Below, one piece after another: positions 1-10,899 of a DNA stretch of 64,000 nucleotides. Origin of the DNA: Planctomycetota bacterium (GTDB taxonomy: Bacteria > Planctomycetota > MHYJ01 > JACQXL01 > JACRIJ01). Location of the stretch: positions 27,748 through 91,747 of the forward strand of contig JACRIJ010000111.1 of NCBI GenBank assembly GCA_016220095.1, read 5' to 3'. The notes under the pieces were generated by a model, which saw only the letters and a program-made list of their open reading frames with translations, was not told the DNA's origin and searched no databases. A program made the position numbers and the translations under genes. Positions within the stretch are counted from its first letter, which is position 1; each line of letters begins with the position of its first letter.

Positions 1-2
1 TA

Positions 3-269
3 CAGAATAAGATAGAAATCATTTCCCCGCGCGACATGAGCGCTTTTGCCCTGATTAAAGGCATCACGCAGGAAACGCAGGGAATAGCATTAAAGGCGCG
101 GAAAGGCGGGTCGGGAAACACGAAGGTATACTGGTTCATTGACGGCGGATTTTACAAAGAGGCCGGTATACACGAAGACGTATTGTGGAAACCCACCATA
201 GGCGGGCACAGAATCAGTTGCGCGGACGAAACCGGATCCAGCGCCGCGGTTAATGTGGAAGTGGAATGA
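3..269 (+). CDS. pbpC: Penicillin-binding protein 1C, C-terminal domain (partial, runs off the 5' edge)
   Basis: Frame is open from base 3: IEIISP...VYWFIDG...WKP..G.HRISCADETG....NVEVE, the pattern of the BiPBP_C domain. Confidence 0.7.
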   Translation, partial: QNKIEIISPRDMSAFALIKGITQETQGIALKARKGGSGNTKVYWFIDGGFYKEAGIHEDVLWKPTIGGHRISCADETGSSAAVNVEVE

Positions 270-332
270 TTTCGTCCTTCGTATCCTGGTGTCTTCGTGG
301 CAGAAAATCGCCGCCGTTTCACACCATTTAAA

Positions 333-360
333 TTGACATTTCGTGCGTTTCTTATAGAAT
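333..360 (+). promoter_or_regulatory. sigma70-like promoter; dusB probably leaderless
   Basis: TTGACA-16 nt-TAGAAT, with the ATG 6 nt downstream of the -10 box. Confidence 0.6.
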
Positions 361-366
361 ACCGGC

Positions 367-1341
367 ATGTTGAAAATCGGTTCGGTTGAAATACAATCAA
401 ATATAGTTACCGCCCCGCTGTCAGGATGCTCGGACCTACCCTTCCGCATGATCTGCCGGGAATTGGGCGCGCGTTTCTGCTTTTTTGAAATGGTGGATGC
501 CGTTTCGCTCACGCGTAAACACATCAAGACCATTGAAATGCTTAAAACCATCCCCGAAGATTCGCCTATCGCCGCTCAACTCCTGGGCAAAGATCCTGAT
601 ATGATGCTCAACGGCGCTCAATTGATTCTTGAACACGCTAAACCAGTGCTTATTGACATCAATAGCGGATGCCCCGTAAGAAAAGTGGTAAACAGGGGCG
701 CGGGCGCTAAACTTCTTGAAAGCCCGGCCGTTCTTGTAAGTATCGTAAAAAAACTGGCTTCAGCCCTGCCTGTGCCCGTTACCGTTAAAATGCGCATCGG
801 TTATGACCAGAAATATTCCCTTGATGATACGCTGGACCTCGCAAAAGCCTGCGAAGACAGCGGCGCAGCAGCACTGTTCGTGCACGGACGTCTGGCTTCG
901 CAGAAATATTCCGGCGAAGTGAACTACGCGGCAATTAAAGCGGTTAAAAATGCCGTAAAGATTCCGGTCATCGGCTCCGGAAATATCCTGAATCCCACGC
1001 TTGCTGAAAAAATGCTGGCCGAAACCGGCTGTGACGGCGTATTGGCCGCGCGCGGCGCCCTCGGTAATCCATGGATATTCCGCGAAATAGAACATTTCTT
1101 GAAAACCGGCGTATTAATGGAAAAACCCTCCCTGTCGGAAAGGAAAACCGACCTGCTAAGGCACCTGCTGTACATTAAAACCCATAAAACCCCGAGGCGC
1201 TCCGGACACATGGGCTTGATGCGCAAGGTGGCATTATGGTACGTAACCGGTTTCCCAAACGCCGCATCCGTGCGCGGCAATATAACTAAAACCAGAAAAT
1301 ACGAAGAATTGGCTGAATTGATTGAACGAATTGGCGAATGA
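367..1341 (+). CDS. dusB: tRNA-dihydrouridine synthase (DusB-like)
   Basis: APLSGCSDLPFR, IDINSGCPVRKV, GAGAKLL, VHGR, RGALGNPWIF motifs. Confidence 0.93.
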   Translation: MLKIGSVEIQSNIVTAPLSGCSDLPFRMICRELGARFCFFEMVDAVSLTRKHIKTIEMLKTIPEDSPIAAQLLGKDPDMMLNGAQLILEHAKPVLIDINSGCPVRKVVNRGAGAKLLESPAVLVSIVKKLASALPVPVTVKMRIGYDQKYSLDDTLDLAKACEDSGAAALFVHGRLASQKYSGEVNYAAIKAVKNAVKIPVIGSGNILNPTLAEKMLAETGCDGVLAARGALGNPWIFREIEHFLKTGVLMEKPSLSERKTDLLRHLLYIKTHKTPRRSGHMGLMRKVALWYVTGFPNAASVRGNITKTRKYEELAELIERIGE

Positions 1342-1364
1342 AACAGTGGATTGAATGGAATATT

Positions 1365-1825
1365 TTTTAACAACAGATTAAACCGATTAAACGGATACGA
1401 AAAAGGAAAAGGGGGAAGGCGCGAAGTCACGAAGAACGACCACACCTATTAGCCGCAGCCCTTCGGTTCCTTCAGGATAAAAGAACACAGAGGACACGGA
1501 GTTATAAGACTACGCCGCTTCGCCATTGCCAAAAAAGCCGCATCGTTACTCCTCTTAGAAATCAGGGATCCGTTGTCCAAGACTTGATTGCTATTTGACC
1601 GTGCTTAGCGCGTTTAACGGCCTTTGCCCGCAAAGAACGATAAGCGACGCAAAAACAGAATACCAAGAATAACGTACACAGTGCTTGTGTTTATTTGTGT
1701 TCATTCGTGGCTGATAATCCGCTAAAATCTTCTGTGTTTTTTACCTGCCTGCGCGCACTTGCGTGCCGAAGCACTTCAGTGCGTAGGCACGAAGCCGATG
1801 CTTCGCTTCGGCAGAGGCAGGCGCG
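1365..1825. repeat. Intergenic mosaic of short tandem-repeat modules plus a nested REP-like palindrome
   Basis: AACAGATTAAACCGATTAAACGGAT module (inverted copy at about 55141-55175); ACACAGAGGACACGGAG; TTATTTGTGTTCATTCGTGGC; CCTGCC...GCCGAAG...CTTCGGC...GGCAGG palindrome at about 1744-1821. Confidence 0.6.
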
Positions 1826-1885
1826 AAAGTATATTGGTTAGAAACTAATATTGACTTCATACTTCATTTATGTTATATTGCCGCC

Positions 1886-3823
1886 ATGAAATGGGCTTTA
1901 ATGTGCATGGTATTATGGACACTATCGGAATTTCAGGCCGTTTCCTTCGCGCAAAATAACACGGCCGATACCCCCGCCATTCCAATGGAAAAACAGCTTG
2001 GCGACATCATAAAACGGCTTGATTCCGAAGATTGGGCGGAACGTGAAAAGGCAAGCGATGATCTGCGTGAATTGCGCCAGAATAATAGCACACCTGTCAT
2101 GAAAATGCTCCGTGAATACCTGCCGCATCTGCCCGCAGAGGCAAAAGCCCGTGTCACCGCTGAAATGAATCTCGCCGTTGAAGCCGCTAAGATCAGGGAA
2201 TCTCTCGCCGTTTTTAACCTTATCATGCCGGAATTTGATATTAACAATTTCGTTATATACAATACAGGCTATTTTGAAAATTCAGCTTTCAGATATGAAT
2301 ATGTCTGGATAATAAAAGAAAATGAAAATACATTAACGTTTCTTACAACAGACATGGAAACGTCGAACTTTCCCAAATTGGTAATTTCAAGTCTTGTTAA
2401 TAGTCCGGACTACATCCATCCGGCCGACAAACCGCTCCCCGGGCAATATATCAAGACAAGTTTTCCCGAATTCGCAAAAGAAATCCTTTCTAATGCCGTA
2501 CAAAACGATTTGCAGGGTTATTCGTTTATTTTCGGAAACTGCATACAAATGTCAATGTTTGCATATTGGTCTATGCTGGCAAACGAGGAAAACACGGCCA
2601 TAAAATTTTTTGAACTTGCAAATAAATCACGTATTGCTGCAAATAACTCCGAAAGTTTTGAAGACTTATTGAACGCGTATGGAGCGATCTGCCTCAAAAT
2701 ACAAGCATTACGAGACGCATCAAACGGCGTACTGCGCGAAACTCTTGTCAAAAAATGGAATGTTATCAACAAACTGACCGGCTCTCAGGAAAGCGCAGAA
2801 ATGGTCTCTCTGTATAACCAGCTCATCGCGGAAGATGCTGAATGGATTGAACCGGAATTTCTTATGGCCTTGAACCCGGAAAAACAAGCTGAATATTGGC
2901 TGTTTAAACTTCGTGACTGCGGCAAAAGCCAATACCTGCCGAATTCCTTTCTTGACACATCTTATATTGCTGAAACGAAAGAACTGCCGGAGGAACTCCC
3001 GGCCGGCGACCCGGTTTATGAATTGCTTAAGCTGGGATGGCACGCGGTCCCATTACTCATTGACCATTTTGAAGATGAACGGCCGACAAGGCAAATAGCA
3101 AAACTTCTTTATAGAAGACTTCCTGTTCCTTCCGATTTTCTTCAGTCCGAAAACAATGAATTTCTTCTTAGTTATGCCGATTGTTGTCACATAATTTTTG
3201 AAAAAATACGGGGCAATGTCGGTCCTTTTCAGTTTATGAAAAACGGTTTCGCACAATCCTGCAAGTCATCCGCGGCAGAATGGTGGAAAAAGAACAAAAC
3301 TACAGCTCCTGCCGCATATTACCTTGGATTACTTCTGGATAAATCATCAAATTGCAATATTGGCATGTTAATAGACGGCATTCTGCGGACAGACAAAGAC
3401 AAATATCTGCCTGAATTAATGAAAATAGTACTGCGGAATGACGAGCTGAATTTCAGAAAAGATATATTCCTGCAGGCAATGGCCCCATACCTGACAAAAG
3501 AACATGTTGATTTCCTTAAACAAGCCCTGCAAAAAGAATTTGTTCCGGTTGTGATAGAAGCTTCACGGATTCTCTGGCTTAAGTTCGGATATGATGACGG
3601 CGTAAAAATTATCACGGCAAAAATGCTTGAAGAAGCCGGCGGCGGGCAACAGCTGTGGACATATTATTTCAATACAAAACCGGCCTTTGAATTGCTTGGA
3701 ATGACCAATAAAGTTTACGTACTTGACGCGCTTGCCGTCCTGTCAAGAAACAAAGATACGGCCATTCGCGATTTTGCAACACGGGCGCTTTCTGAATTCC
3801 CTGCCAAAAAATCAACTGATTAG
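1886..3823 (+). CDS. Secreted hypothetical protein with HEAT-like helical repeats
   Basis: Signal peptide; LDSEDWAEREKASDDL and DTAIRDFATRALSEF HEAT-like segments; TTGACT-17-TATATT promoter ending 6 nt before the ATG. Confidence 0.7.
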   Translation: MKWALMCMVLWTLSEFQAVSFAQNNTADTPAIPMEKQLGDIIKRLDSEDWAEREKASDDLRELRQNNSTPVMKMLREYLPHLPAEAKARVTAEMNLAVEAAKIRESLAVFNLIMPEFDINNFVIYNTGYFENSAFRYEYVWIIKENENTLTFLTTDMETSNFPKLVISSLVNSPDYIHPADKPLPGQYIKTSFPEFAKEILSNAVQNDLQGYSFIFGNCIQMSMFAYWSMLANEENTAIKFFELANKSRIAANNSESFEDLLNAYGAICLKIQALRDASNGVLRETLVKKWNVINKLTGSQESAEMVSLYNQLIAEDAEWIEPEFLMALNPEKQAEYWLFKLRDCGKSQYLPNSFLDTSYIAETKELPEELPAGDPVYELLKLGWHAVPLLIDHFEDERPTRQIAKLLYRRLPVPSDFLQSENNEFLLSYADCCHIIFEKIRGNVGPFQFMKNGFAQSCKSSAAEWWKKNKTTAPAAYYLGLLLDKSSNCNIGMLIDGILRTDKDKYLPELMKIVLRNDELNFRKDIFLQAMAPYLTKEHVDFLKQALQKEFVPVVIEASRILWLKFGYDDGVKIITAKMLEEAGGGQQLWTYYFNTKPAFELLGMTNKVYVLDALAVLSRNKDTAIRDFATRALSEFPAKKSTD

Positions 3824-3960
3824 TATCTTATAGAAACTTCACAACTGACCCTCGCATTTCCCTTTCTTTCTTCTTGTTGACAACTTATCAGCATTTTGTT
3901 ATATTGGAATTATTCCAATAGAACAGAAAGTATTTATGGGGCAAATTTTAATATAAATCC

Positions 3961-6900
3961 ATGAAAACAGATTCTCGAAAAGCCGACAAACGGTTCCACA
4001 TCGTCGCAATGGGCGGTTCGGCGGACAGCCTTGACGCATTTAAGAGATTTTTCGCCGCTCTGCCGGCTTCAACAGGGATGGCTTTTGTCGTAATAACGCA
4101 TTTAGACCCGACACGAAAAAGCCACATGCCGGAACTGTTCAAAAACGTCACCAAAATGCGGGCAGTCCATGTCAAAGACGGCATGCCTGTATCCCCAAAT
4201 AAAATTTTTGTAATCCCTCCTAACAGGAACATGTCAATTCTCAAGGGAAAATTCAAATTGTCCGCCCCCTTATTGGTCCGGGGATTGAGGCTTCCTATTG
4301 ATTTTTTCCTTCAGAGCCTCGCAAAGGAACAGAAAGAACTCTGCGCGGGCATAATATTTTCAGGCATGGGAGAAGACGGCACCGCCGGATTGAAAGCCAT
4401 AAAAGAAAACGGCGGAATTGTTATGGCCCAGGACCCGGATTCGGCCCCCTACAACAGCATGCCCCTCAGCGCCATAGAAACCGGCCTGGTTGATTGCACG
4501 GCCCTGCCGGAAGAATTGCCGTTGAAACTGCTTGAATACGTAAAACAATCTCCCGACACATCCCTGGAAAAATCGGCCTTTCCCGAATTTCCGCCCGGCG
4601 CATTGCAAAAAATTTACGCATTTTTACAGGCAGAAACCGGCCATGATTTTTCGTCTTACAAGAAAAGCACCTTTTGCCGCCGTGTCCAGAGAAGAATAGG
4701 CGCAAGCCAGACTGGCGGGATAGCCGGATATCTAAAATTCCTGAAAAAAAATCCGCAGGAAACCAATACGCTTTTCAATGAACTACTGATAGGCGTAACC
4801 AGTTTTTTCAGGGATCCGGCATCATTCGCAGTCATGAAGGATTTGATACTGCGCATGCTGAAAAAAAATACGGCAAAAAACGAACTTCGCATCTGGATTC
4901 CAGGATGTTCAACAGGCGAAGAAGCGTACTCCATGGCAATAGTAATAAAGGAATGCCTTGACGAGTTGAAACGTCCGTCCCTTCTAAAAATACAACTGTA
5001 CGCCACGGACATCAGCCAGAACGCCATCAATATAGCCAGGCAGGGGAAATACGGCCCCGACATCGCTTCCGGCATTACGCCGGAACGGCTGAAGAAATTT
5101 TTCATAAAAAACGGCCTTGGATATGCGATAAACGGCCCTATAAGGGATATGATTATCTTCGCCGAACACAACATAATCAAGGATCCGCCGTTTATTAATC
5201 TTGATATCCTGTGCTGCAGGAACCTTTTCATTTACTTTAACGCGGATTTGCATAAGAAACTTCTGCCGCTGTTCCATTACGCCCTGAATCCGGGCGGCGT
5301 ATTGTTCCTGGGCGCCTCTGAAAGTATCGGTACATACTCCAATCTTTTTGAAACCCTGGACAATAAGTGGAAAATTTTCAGGCGTACGGGCTCTTTTTCG
5401 GACCGCGCCGTTTCATCCGCCGTTTATTCAGCGCCGCTTTCCAGAAAAGATTCCGAAACGGGAAATTCTAAAAAATCAAACGCCGCGCAGGGCAACGGTA
5501 ATTTTAACCATGTACGAAATATATGCAAAACGGGCTTCATCCCGGAAACCGTCAACCTGGACCTCGTACAAAAAACATTGCTTGAAGAATTCGCCAGTCC
5601 GGCCGTGCTTATCACGCCTTCCGGCGACATTATTTATGTAAACGGCCGAACCGGCAAATACCTCGAACCGCCCGTGGGCAAGGCAACCATGAACATCTTC
5701 GCCATGGCCCGTGAAGGATTGCGCGCCGGACTGAACAGCGCCGTACGAAAAGCCGACACGACGAAAAAAGCGGTTGTCATCCGAAATCTGAAGGTTAAAA
5801 CAAACGGCGCTTTTCAAAAGATAGCCTTGACCGTAAAACCGTTCAAAGAATCGCAGGATATGCGCGGCTTGCTGCTCGTCATATTTGCGGAAGAAACCGG
5901 CATCAAGACCGTAACGCCGAAAAAATCTAAAACCGGCAAACACCCGAAAAGAACCAATGTGGTTGAACAATTGAAAAATGAACTCGCCTTCGCAAACGAA
6001 CACCTTCAGCTTTTCAAGGAGGAAATGGATGCGTCTCAAAAGGACCTCGGCGCCTCCAACGAAGAACTCCAGGCGATGAACGAAGAATTGCAATGCACGA
6101 ACGAGGAACTGACCACGTCAAAAGAAGAATTGCTGTCCCTGAACGAAGAACTCGCGACCGTCAACGCGGAAGTGCAGGCGAAAAACGAAGAACTGCGCGA
6201 CGCCCTCCATGAAACCAAAAAAACAAAAGAACAGCAGAGGTTTGAAATACAATTGCTGGAACTTCTCGGCAAATCCAACGAAAAATCCAATTCCATCCGC
6301 GTCATTCTCAACATGTTGAAAGAACATACCGGCTTTGACGCAATCGGCATACGCCTTAAGGAAAATAATGATTTCCCGTATTTTGAAACTGCCGGATTTT
6401 CAAAAGACTTTATTGAATCCGAAAAATTTTTATGTTCATACGATGAAAAGGGCAGGATCGTATCCGACCGCGAAGGAAACCCGATTCTTGAATGCATGTG
6501 CGGAACAGTCATTTCCGGAAAAGCGGATCCGGCAAAAACTTTTTTCACGAAAAACGGAAGTTTCTGGACTAACAGCACAACAAAACTTCTCTCTGCAACC
6601 ACGGAAAAGGACCGCAACACCAGTACCCGCAACCGTTGCAATAAGGAGGGATATGAATCCGTAGCCCTCATACCCCTGCGTTCTGAAGACAGGATTATCG
6701 GCCTTCTGCAGTTGAATGACCGCAGGAAAAACATGTTTGCCAAAGGCATGATAAAGTTCTTTGAAGAAATCGGCGCCGCAATAGGAATAGCATTCGCGCG
6801 AATGCAACAGGAAAAAAGGCGCCTGGAACTGGAACAAATGCTTTTCCAGTCGCAGAAGATGGAGTCCATGGGCATATTGGCCGGCGGAATCGCCCATGAC

Positions 6901-7983
6901 TTTAACAACATACTGCTCACCATATCCGGATTCGCCGAGTTGACGCAACTCAGCCTGACAAGCGGAAAATATTCGCAGGAAGAAATCAATAAGAATATCA
7001 GGACTATCCTTTCCGCCACTGAGATGGCTAAAAATTTCATATCGCAATTGCTCGGATTCGCGCGCAAAGGCGCGTACAGCATTCAAAACATTGATTTAAA
7101 TCCTGTCATAAAGGAATCCGTTTCCCTCCTTGAAAAAGGCCTTGCATCTTCAGTACAATATGATTTTATCCTTACGCTTGATGCCGTAAAACACATAAAT
7201 GCCGATATCACGCAGATATGCCAAATTATACAAAACACGGTAATAAACGCCCGCGACTCAATGCCTCACGGCGGAAAAATAACGCTGTCAACCGAGGATG
7301 TCATGCTTGAAAACGAACAAATCGGAAAATTCAACACCATCCCGGCCGGAAAATACGTTAAATTTTCCGTAGCCGACGAAGGAACCGGCATCAGCGATGA
7401 CATTATTCAGAAAATTTTTGACCCGTTTTTCACCACCAAATCGAAAAATAAAGGCACCGGCATGGGATTGGCGGTCGTTTACGGCATCCTGAAAAACCAT
7501 AACGGATGTATAGACGTTAAAACGGCCGTCGGAAAGGGCTCAACGTTCACGATGTATTTCCCGGCCGTGGAAACCGCGGTTCAAAAGGCAGATATCAAAA
7601 ATATAGTACCGTTAAGCGGAACCGGCAGAATACTTTTTGTTGATGACGAAGAAAACATAAGAACCCTTATGGCTATCGCCCTGACAAATATGGGGTACGA
7701 AGTTACAACGGCATCTACAATTCCCGAGGCATTTGAGCTGTACAAAAACAACAGTTTTTCTCTTGTAATAACCGATCTTATATTGAAGGGTGAAAACGGC
7801 GCAGACCTTTTCCGCATGGTCAGAAACTTTGATAAAAATGCCAGAATATGCATTATGAGCGGTTACAGCGACGACAAAACCGTACAGGACCTCTTGAAGT
7901 CCGGAGCCGCGGGCTTCATAACCAAGCCGATAGCAATGGTGGAATTGAGTAAAATAATCAAGTCTGTTATAGAAAAGGTTTAG
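3961..7983 (+). CDS. CheB-CheR-PAS-coiled coil-GAF-HisKA-HATPase-REC hybrid sensor kinase
   Basis: CheB (GGSADS, ITHL, GMGEDG); CheR (IGVTSFFRD, GCSTGEEAYS, CRNLFIYF); NEELQ coiled coil; H-box AGGIAHDFNN; FDPFFTTK..GTGMGL; C-terminal receiver domain. Confidence 0.92.
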   Translation: MKTDSRKADKRFHIVAMGGSADSLDAFKRFFAALPASTGMAFVVITHLDPTRKSHMPELFKNVTKMRAVHVKDGMPVSPNKIFVIPPNRNMSILKGKFKLSAPLLVRGLRLPIDFFLQSLAKEQKELCAGIIFSGMGEDGTAGLKAIKENGGIVMAQDPDSAPYNSMPLSAIETGLVDCTALPEELPLKLLEYVKQSPDTSLEKSAFPEFPPGALQKIYAFLQAETGHDFSSYKKSTFCRRVQRRIGASQTGGIAGYLKFLKKNPQETNTLFNELLIGVTSFFRDPASFAVMKDLILRMLKKNTAKNELRIWIPGCSTGEEAYSMAIVIKECLDELKRPSLLKIQLYATDISQNAINIARQGKYGPDIASGITPERLKKFFIKNGLGYAINGPIRDMIIFAEHNIIKDPPFINLDILCCRNLFIYFNADLHKKLLPLFHYALNPGGVLFLGASESIGTYSNLFETLDNKWKIFRRTGSFSDRAVSSAVYSAPLSRKDSETGNSKKSNAAQGNGNFNHVRNICKTGFIPETVNLDLVQKTLLEEFASPAVLITPSGDIIYVNGRTGKYLEPPVGKATMNIFAMAREGLRAGLNSAVRKADTTKKAVVIRNLKVKTNGAFQKIALTVKPFKESQDMRGLLLVIFAEETGIKTVTPKKSKTGKHPKRTNVVEQLKNELAFANEHLQLFKEEMDASQKDLGASNEELQAMNEELQCTNEELTTSKEELLSLNEELATVNAEVQAKNEELRDALHETKKTKEQQRFEIQLLELLGKSNEKSNSIRVILNMLKEHTGFDAIGIRLKENNDFPYFETAGFSKDFIESEKFLCSYDEKGRIVSDREGNPILECMCGTVISGKADPAKTFFTKNGSFWTNSTTKLLSATTEKDRNTSTRNRCNKEGYESVALIPLRSEDRIIGLLQLNDRRKNMFAKGMIKFFEEIGAAIGIAFARMQQEKRRLELEQMLFQSQKMESMGILAGGIAHDFNNILLTISGFAELTQLSLTSGKYSQEEINKNIRTILSATEMAKNFISQLLGFARKGAYSIQNIDLNPVIKESVSLLEKGLASSVQYDFILTLDAVKHINADITQICQIIQNTVINARDSMPHGGKITLSTEDVMLENEQIGKFNTIPAGKYVKFSVADEGTGISDDIIQKIFDPFFTTKSKNKGTGMGLAVVYGILKNHNGCIDVKTAVGKGSTFTMYFPAVETAVQKADIKNIVPLSGTGRILFVDDEENIRTLMAIALTNMGYEVTTASTIPEAFELYKNNSFSLVITDLILKGENGADLFRMVRNFDKNARICIMSGYSDDKTVQDLLKSGAAGFITKPIAMVELSKIIKSVIEKV

Positions 7984-8183
7984 TGTCTTATTTCTTGAAT
8001 TTCACATAAACAGCATAGAAATTTAAGAATTAAGATTTTTTTAGAATACACAGGGGAAATCTGAAACCTTACATTTTTTTGAAATAAATCCTTCGCAATA
8101 AATTGACTTTACCATTAATTTTGTTATAATTATTTGCTCTCAATATACGGAAGCGAGAATTTTTACAAGGGGATAGGCTTTTT

Positions 8184-9752
8184 ATGAACAAAATTCAGCG
8201 CGTTATCGCAAGCGTCACGGATAAAACCGGCCTGCCGGAATTCGCCAAAGAATTGGCGAAATTCAACCTGGAAATTATTTCCACCGGCGGCACGGCCAAA
8301 CTGCTCAGGGAGAGCGGCCTGAAAATAACCGAGGTATCGGATTATACCGGCTTCCCGGAAATGCTTGACGGCAGGATTAAAACACTGCATCCGCGCGTCT
8401 CCGGCGGCATCCTCGGCATCCGCTCAAATCCCGACCACATCATCCAGATGCAAAATCACAACATTCTGCCCATAGATATGGTCATCGTCAACCTCTACAG
8501 GTTTGAGGAAACCGTCGCTAAACCCGGCGTTACCCTTGACGAAGCCATAGAAAACATAGATATAGGCGGACCTTCCATGATTCGCGCCGCGGCTAAAAAC
8601 CATAAGTTCGTCACCGTAGTCACGTCCCCTTCCCAATACGCGTCCGTCATTGAAGAACTCAAAAAGAACAGCGGCCAGATATCAGAGGAATTCAACCTTA
8701 AATTTGCCAAACAGGCGTTCAAACTGACTTCTACTTATGATACGGCTATTGTGAATTACCTTTTCGGGCTTGACGCGCAGGACAAATTTCCGGAAACCCT
8801 TAATATACAATTGGCTAAATCCCGCGGCCTGCGCTACGGCGAAAACCCGCACCAGAAAGCGGCGTTTTATTCGCCTGTTGATATGGGCAACTTCAACCTC
8901 GCGCGCGCGGAAATAGTTTCCGAAGGCAAGGAATTGTCTTATAATAATATTCTGGATTTGGACGCTGCCATTGAAATCGCGCGGGAATTTGACAAGCCGG
9001 CCTGCATTATAATAAAACATAACAATCCATGCGGCGCAGGCTGTGCGGACAAACTGTCTGAGGCATTCGGCAAGGCGCTTTCGGGCGATCCCGTATCCGC
9101 TTTCGGCAGTGTTATAGCCGTTAATAAAACCCTTGACGCCGAAACCGCGGAACTCATGGCCGGTCCGGACAAATTCATAGAAGCCCTCGCGGCGCCGGAC
9201 TTCCAGCCAACCGCCATAGAAATACTTACCAAAAAACCCAAATGGGGCAAGAGCCTACGCCTCGTTAAAATCGGTCCGTTTGAAAAAAACGCCAAACCGC
9301 GCTATGAATTGCGCTCCGCGGGCGGCGGCGTCCTCTACCAGGCCAAAAACGATTACCTTTATGAGCCGGAAAAACTTCATACCGCCACAGTTGAACCAAC
9401 TGAAAAACAAAGACAAGATTTGTTATTCGCGTGGAAGATATGCAAACATGTAAAGTCCAACGCCATAGTGCTCGCAAAAGATGAAACTATTGTCGGCACT
9501 GGCGCCGGCCAGATGTCCCGGGTGGATTCGTCATGGATAGCAGTGCGCAAAGCCGGCGCCCGCGCAAAAGGCGCCGTACTCGCTTCAGACGCCTTCTTCC
9601 CGTTCAAGGACGCCCTGGAGGTGGCTCTGAATGCCGGTATTACGGCGGCCATCCAGCCCGGCGGTTCCGCAAGGGACGCGGAAGTCATCGCCCTCGCGAA
9701 AGAACACAATATTCCCATGCTTATTACGGGCATGAGGCACTTTAAACATTAG
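8184..9752 (+). CDS. purH: Bifunctional AICAR transformylase/IMP cyclohydrolase
   Basis: SVTDKTG, STGGTA, GRIKTLHP, IDIGGPSMIRAAAKN, LRYGENPHQ, ASDAFFPF, RHFKH. Confidence 0.98.
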   Translation: MNKIQRVIASVTDKTGLPEFAKELAKFNLEIISTGGTAKLLRESGLKITEVSDYTGFPEMLDGRIKTLHPRVSGGILGIRSNPDHIIQMQNHNILPIDMVIVNLYRFEETVAKPGVTLDEAIENIDIGGPSMIRAAAKNHKFVTVVTSPSQYASVIEELKKNSGQISEEFNLKFAKQAFKLTSTYDTAIVNYLFGLDAQDKFPETLNIQLAKSRGLRYGENPHQKAAFYSPVDMGNFNLARAEIVSEGKELSYNNILDLDAAIEIAREFDKPACIIIKHNNPCGAGCADKLSEAFGKALSGDPVSAFGSVIAVNKTLDAETAELMAGPDKFIEALAAPDFQPTAIEILTKKPKWGKSLRLVKIGPFEKNAKPRYELRSAGGGVLYQAKNDYLYEPEKLHTATVEPTEKQRQDLLFAWKICKHVKSNAIVLAKDETIVGTGAGQMSRVDSSWIAVRKAGARAKGAVLASDAFFPFKDALEVALNAGITAAIQPGGSARDAEVIALAKEHNIPMLITGMRHFKH

Positions 9753-9765
9753 GAGTTCTGTTTTT

Positions 9766-10848
9766 ATGAAATCATTTATCGCTTTTTCGGTTTTAACTGC
9801 CATATGCGCGATTTTCGCCGCGCCGGCCCTGACGCAGGACCTGCCGCCCGCGGAACAGCATGTTTACACTGCCCAGGAAATAGCTGAAAAACTCGTTTCA
9901 ACCGACTTTGCAGTCGTACTGAAAACCCGCGAAGAACTTGTTGCCGCAGGCGCGAAATCACTGCCCGGGCTTCTGGGGGCATTGAAGGACAAGAATTCCG
10001 ACATACGCTTTATGGCGCTTGAAGTGCTCGGCGAAATCAAAGACCCTTCGGCCGCACCCGATATAATTGCCCTTCTGGACGACAACGCAACAAGCCGGAC
10101 AAGCATTGCTTCGTCTGCCGCAAAAACCCTCGGCAAACTCGGTTACAAAGAAGCCGTTCCGAAACTCGTTGCCGCTCTTAAATCGCCTGACATTGATTTG
10201 CGCTACGAATCCATCAAAGCGCTCGGCATTATCGGCGCGCCCGAGGCAGGGGAAAAATTGGCCGATATGCTGAAAAACAAAAACGATTATAACGCAAAAA
10301 CAATGGACGGCCATTCCCAGATATGCGCCATTATAGAAGCCCTCGGAAATATCCCTCTTGACAAAAAATGCAGCATAATGAAATTGATCGGAGAACAACT
10401 CGCCAACGGCAGGACTGAAATTGAATCCGCAACTGAATTATCCGTGTCCTATTATGCCGCGCAGGCACTGAAAAAACTGACCGTTGACTATCCGCAGGAA
10501 CAGGGAACTGAAAATACGCCGGCCAATCTGCTTCCGGCCAACCCGCTGGCCGGAAACGTTGAAACCGTAAAAAAAGCCATTGACGCCTGGATAACCTGGT
10601 GGCATAGAAACCGCCCGGAAATAGAAAAGAAAAGCAAGGAAGAAAATGAACCGCCGAAACCCGAAGGCCCTATAGGCCCGCCTGCACCGCCAGCGCCGCC
10701 CAGCGAAAACAGCACTCCCGCGGCGCCTGAACAGCCGAAACAACCCGAACACCCAACCCCTCCGCAAACGCCGCAGGAACCCAAAACTCCGCCGGCACCG
10801 CCCGAACCCCCAAAGGCGCCCCCGACCCCGCCTTCCGACAAAAAATGA
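9766..10848 (+). CDS. Secreted HEAT-repeat protein with Pro-rich C-terminal tail
   Basis: Signal peptide; PBS-lyase-type HEAT repeats; PPKPEG...PPSDKK tail. Confidence 0.8.
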   Translation: MKSFIAFSVLTAICAIFAAPALTQDLPPAEQHVYTAQEIAEKLVSTDFAVVLKTREELVAAGAKSLPGLLGALKDKNSDIRFMALEVLGEIKDPSAAPDIIALLDDNATSRTSIASSAAKTLGKLGYKEAVPKLVAALKSPDIDLRYESIKALGIIGAPEAGEKLADMLKNKNDYNAKTMDGHSQICAIIEALGNIPLDKKCSIMKLIGEQLANGRTEIESATELSVSYYAAQALKKLTVDYPQEQGTENTPANLLPANPLAGNVETVKKAIDAWITWWHRNRPEIEKKSKEENEPPKPEGPIGPPAPPAPPSENSTPAAPEQPKQPEHPTPPQTPQEPKTPPAPPEPPKAPPTPPSDKK

Positions 10849-10899
10849 GATTTTTGCCGGAATCTTCCAATCTGCAATCTTTTAACCTGTAATCGTCTT

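Noticed and set aside
7984-8183. ZTP or purine riboswitch upstream of purH
   Set aside because: Only about 50 nt lie between the promoter (8103-8130) and the ATG, with no recognisable aptamer
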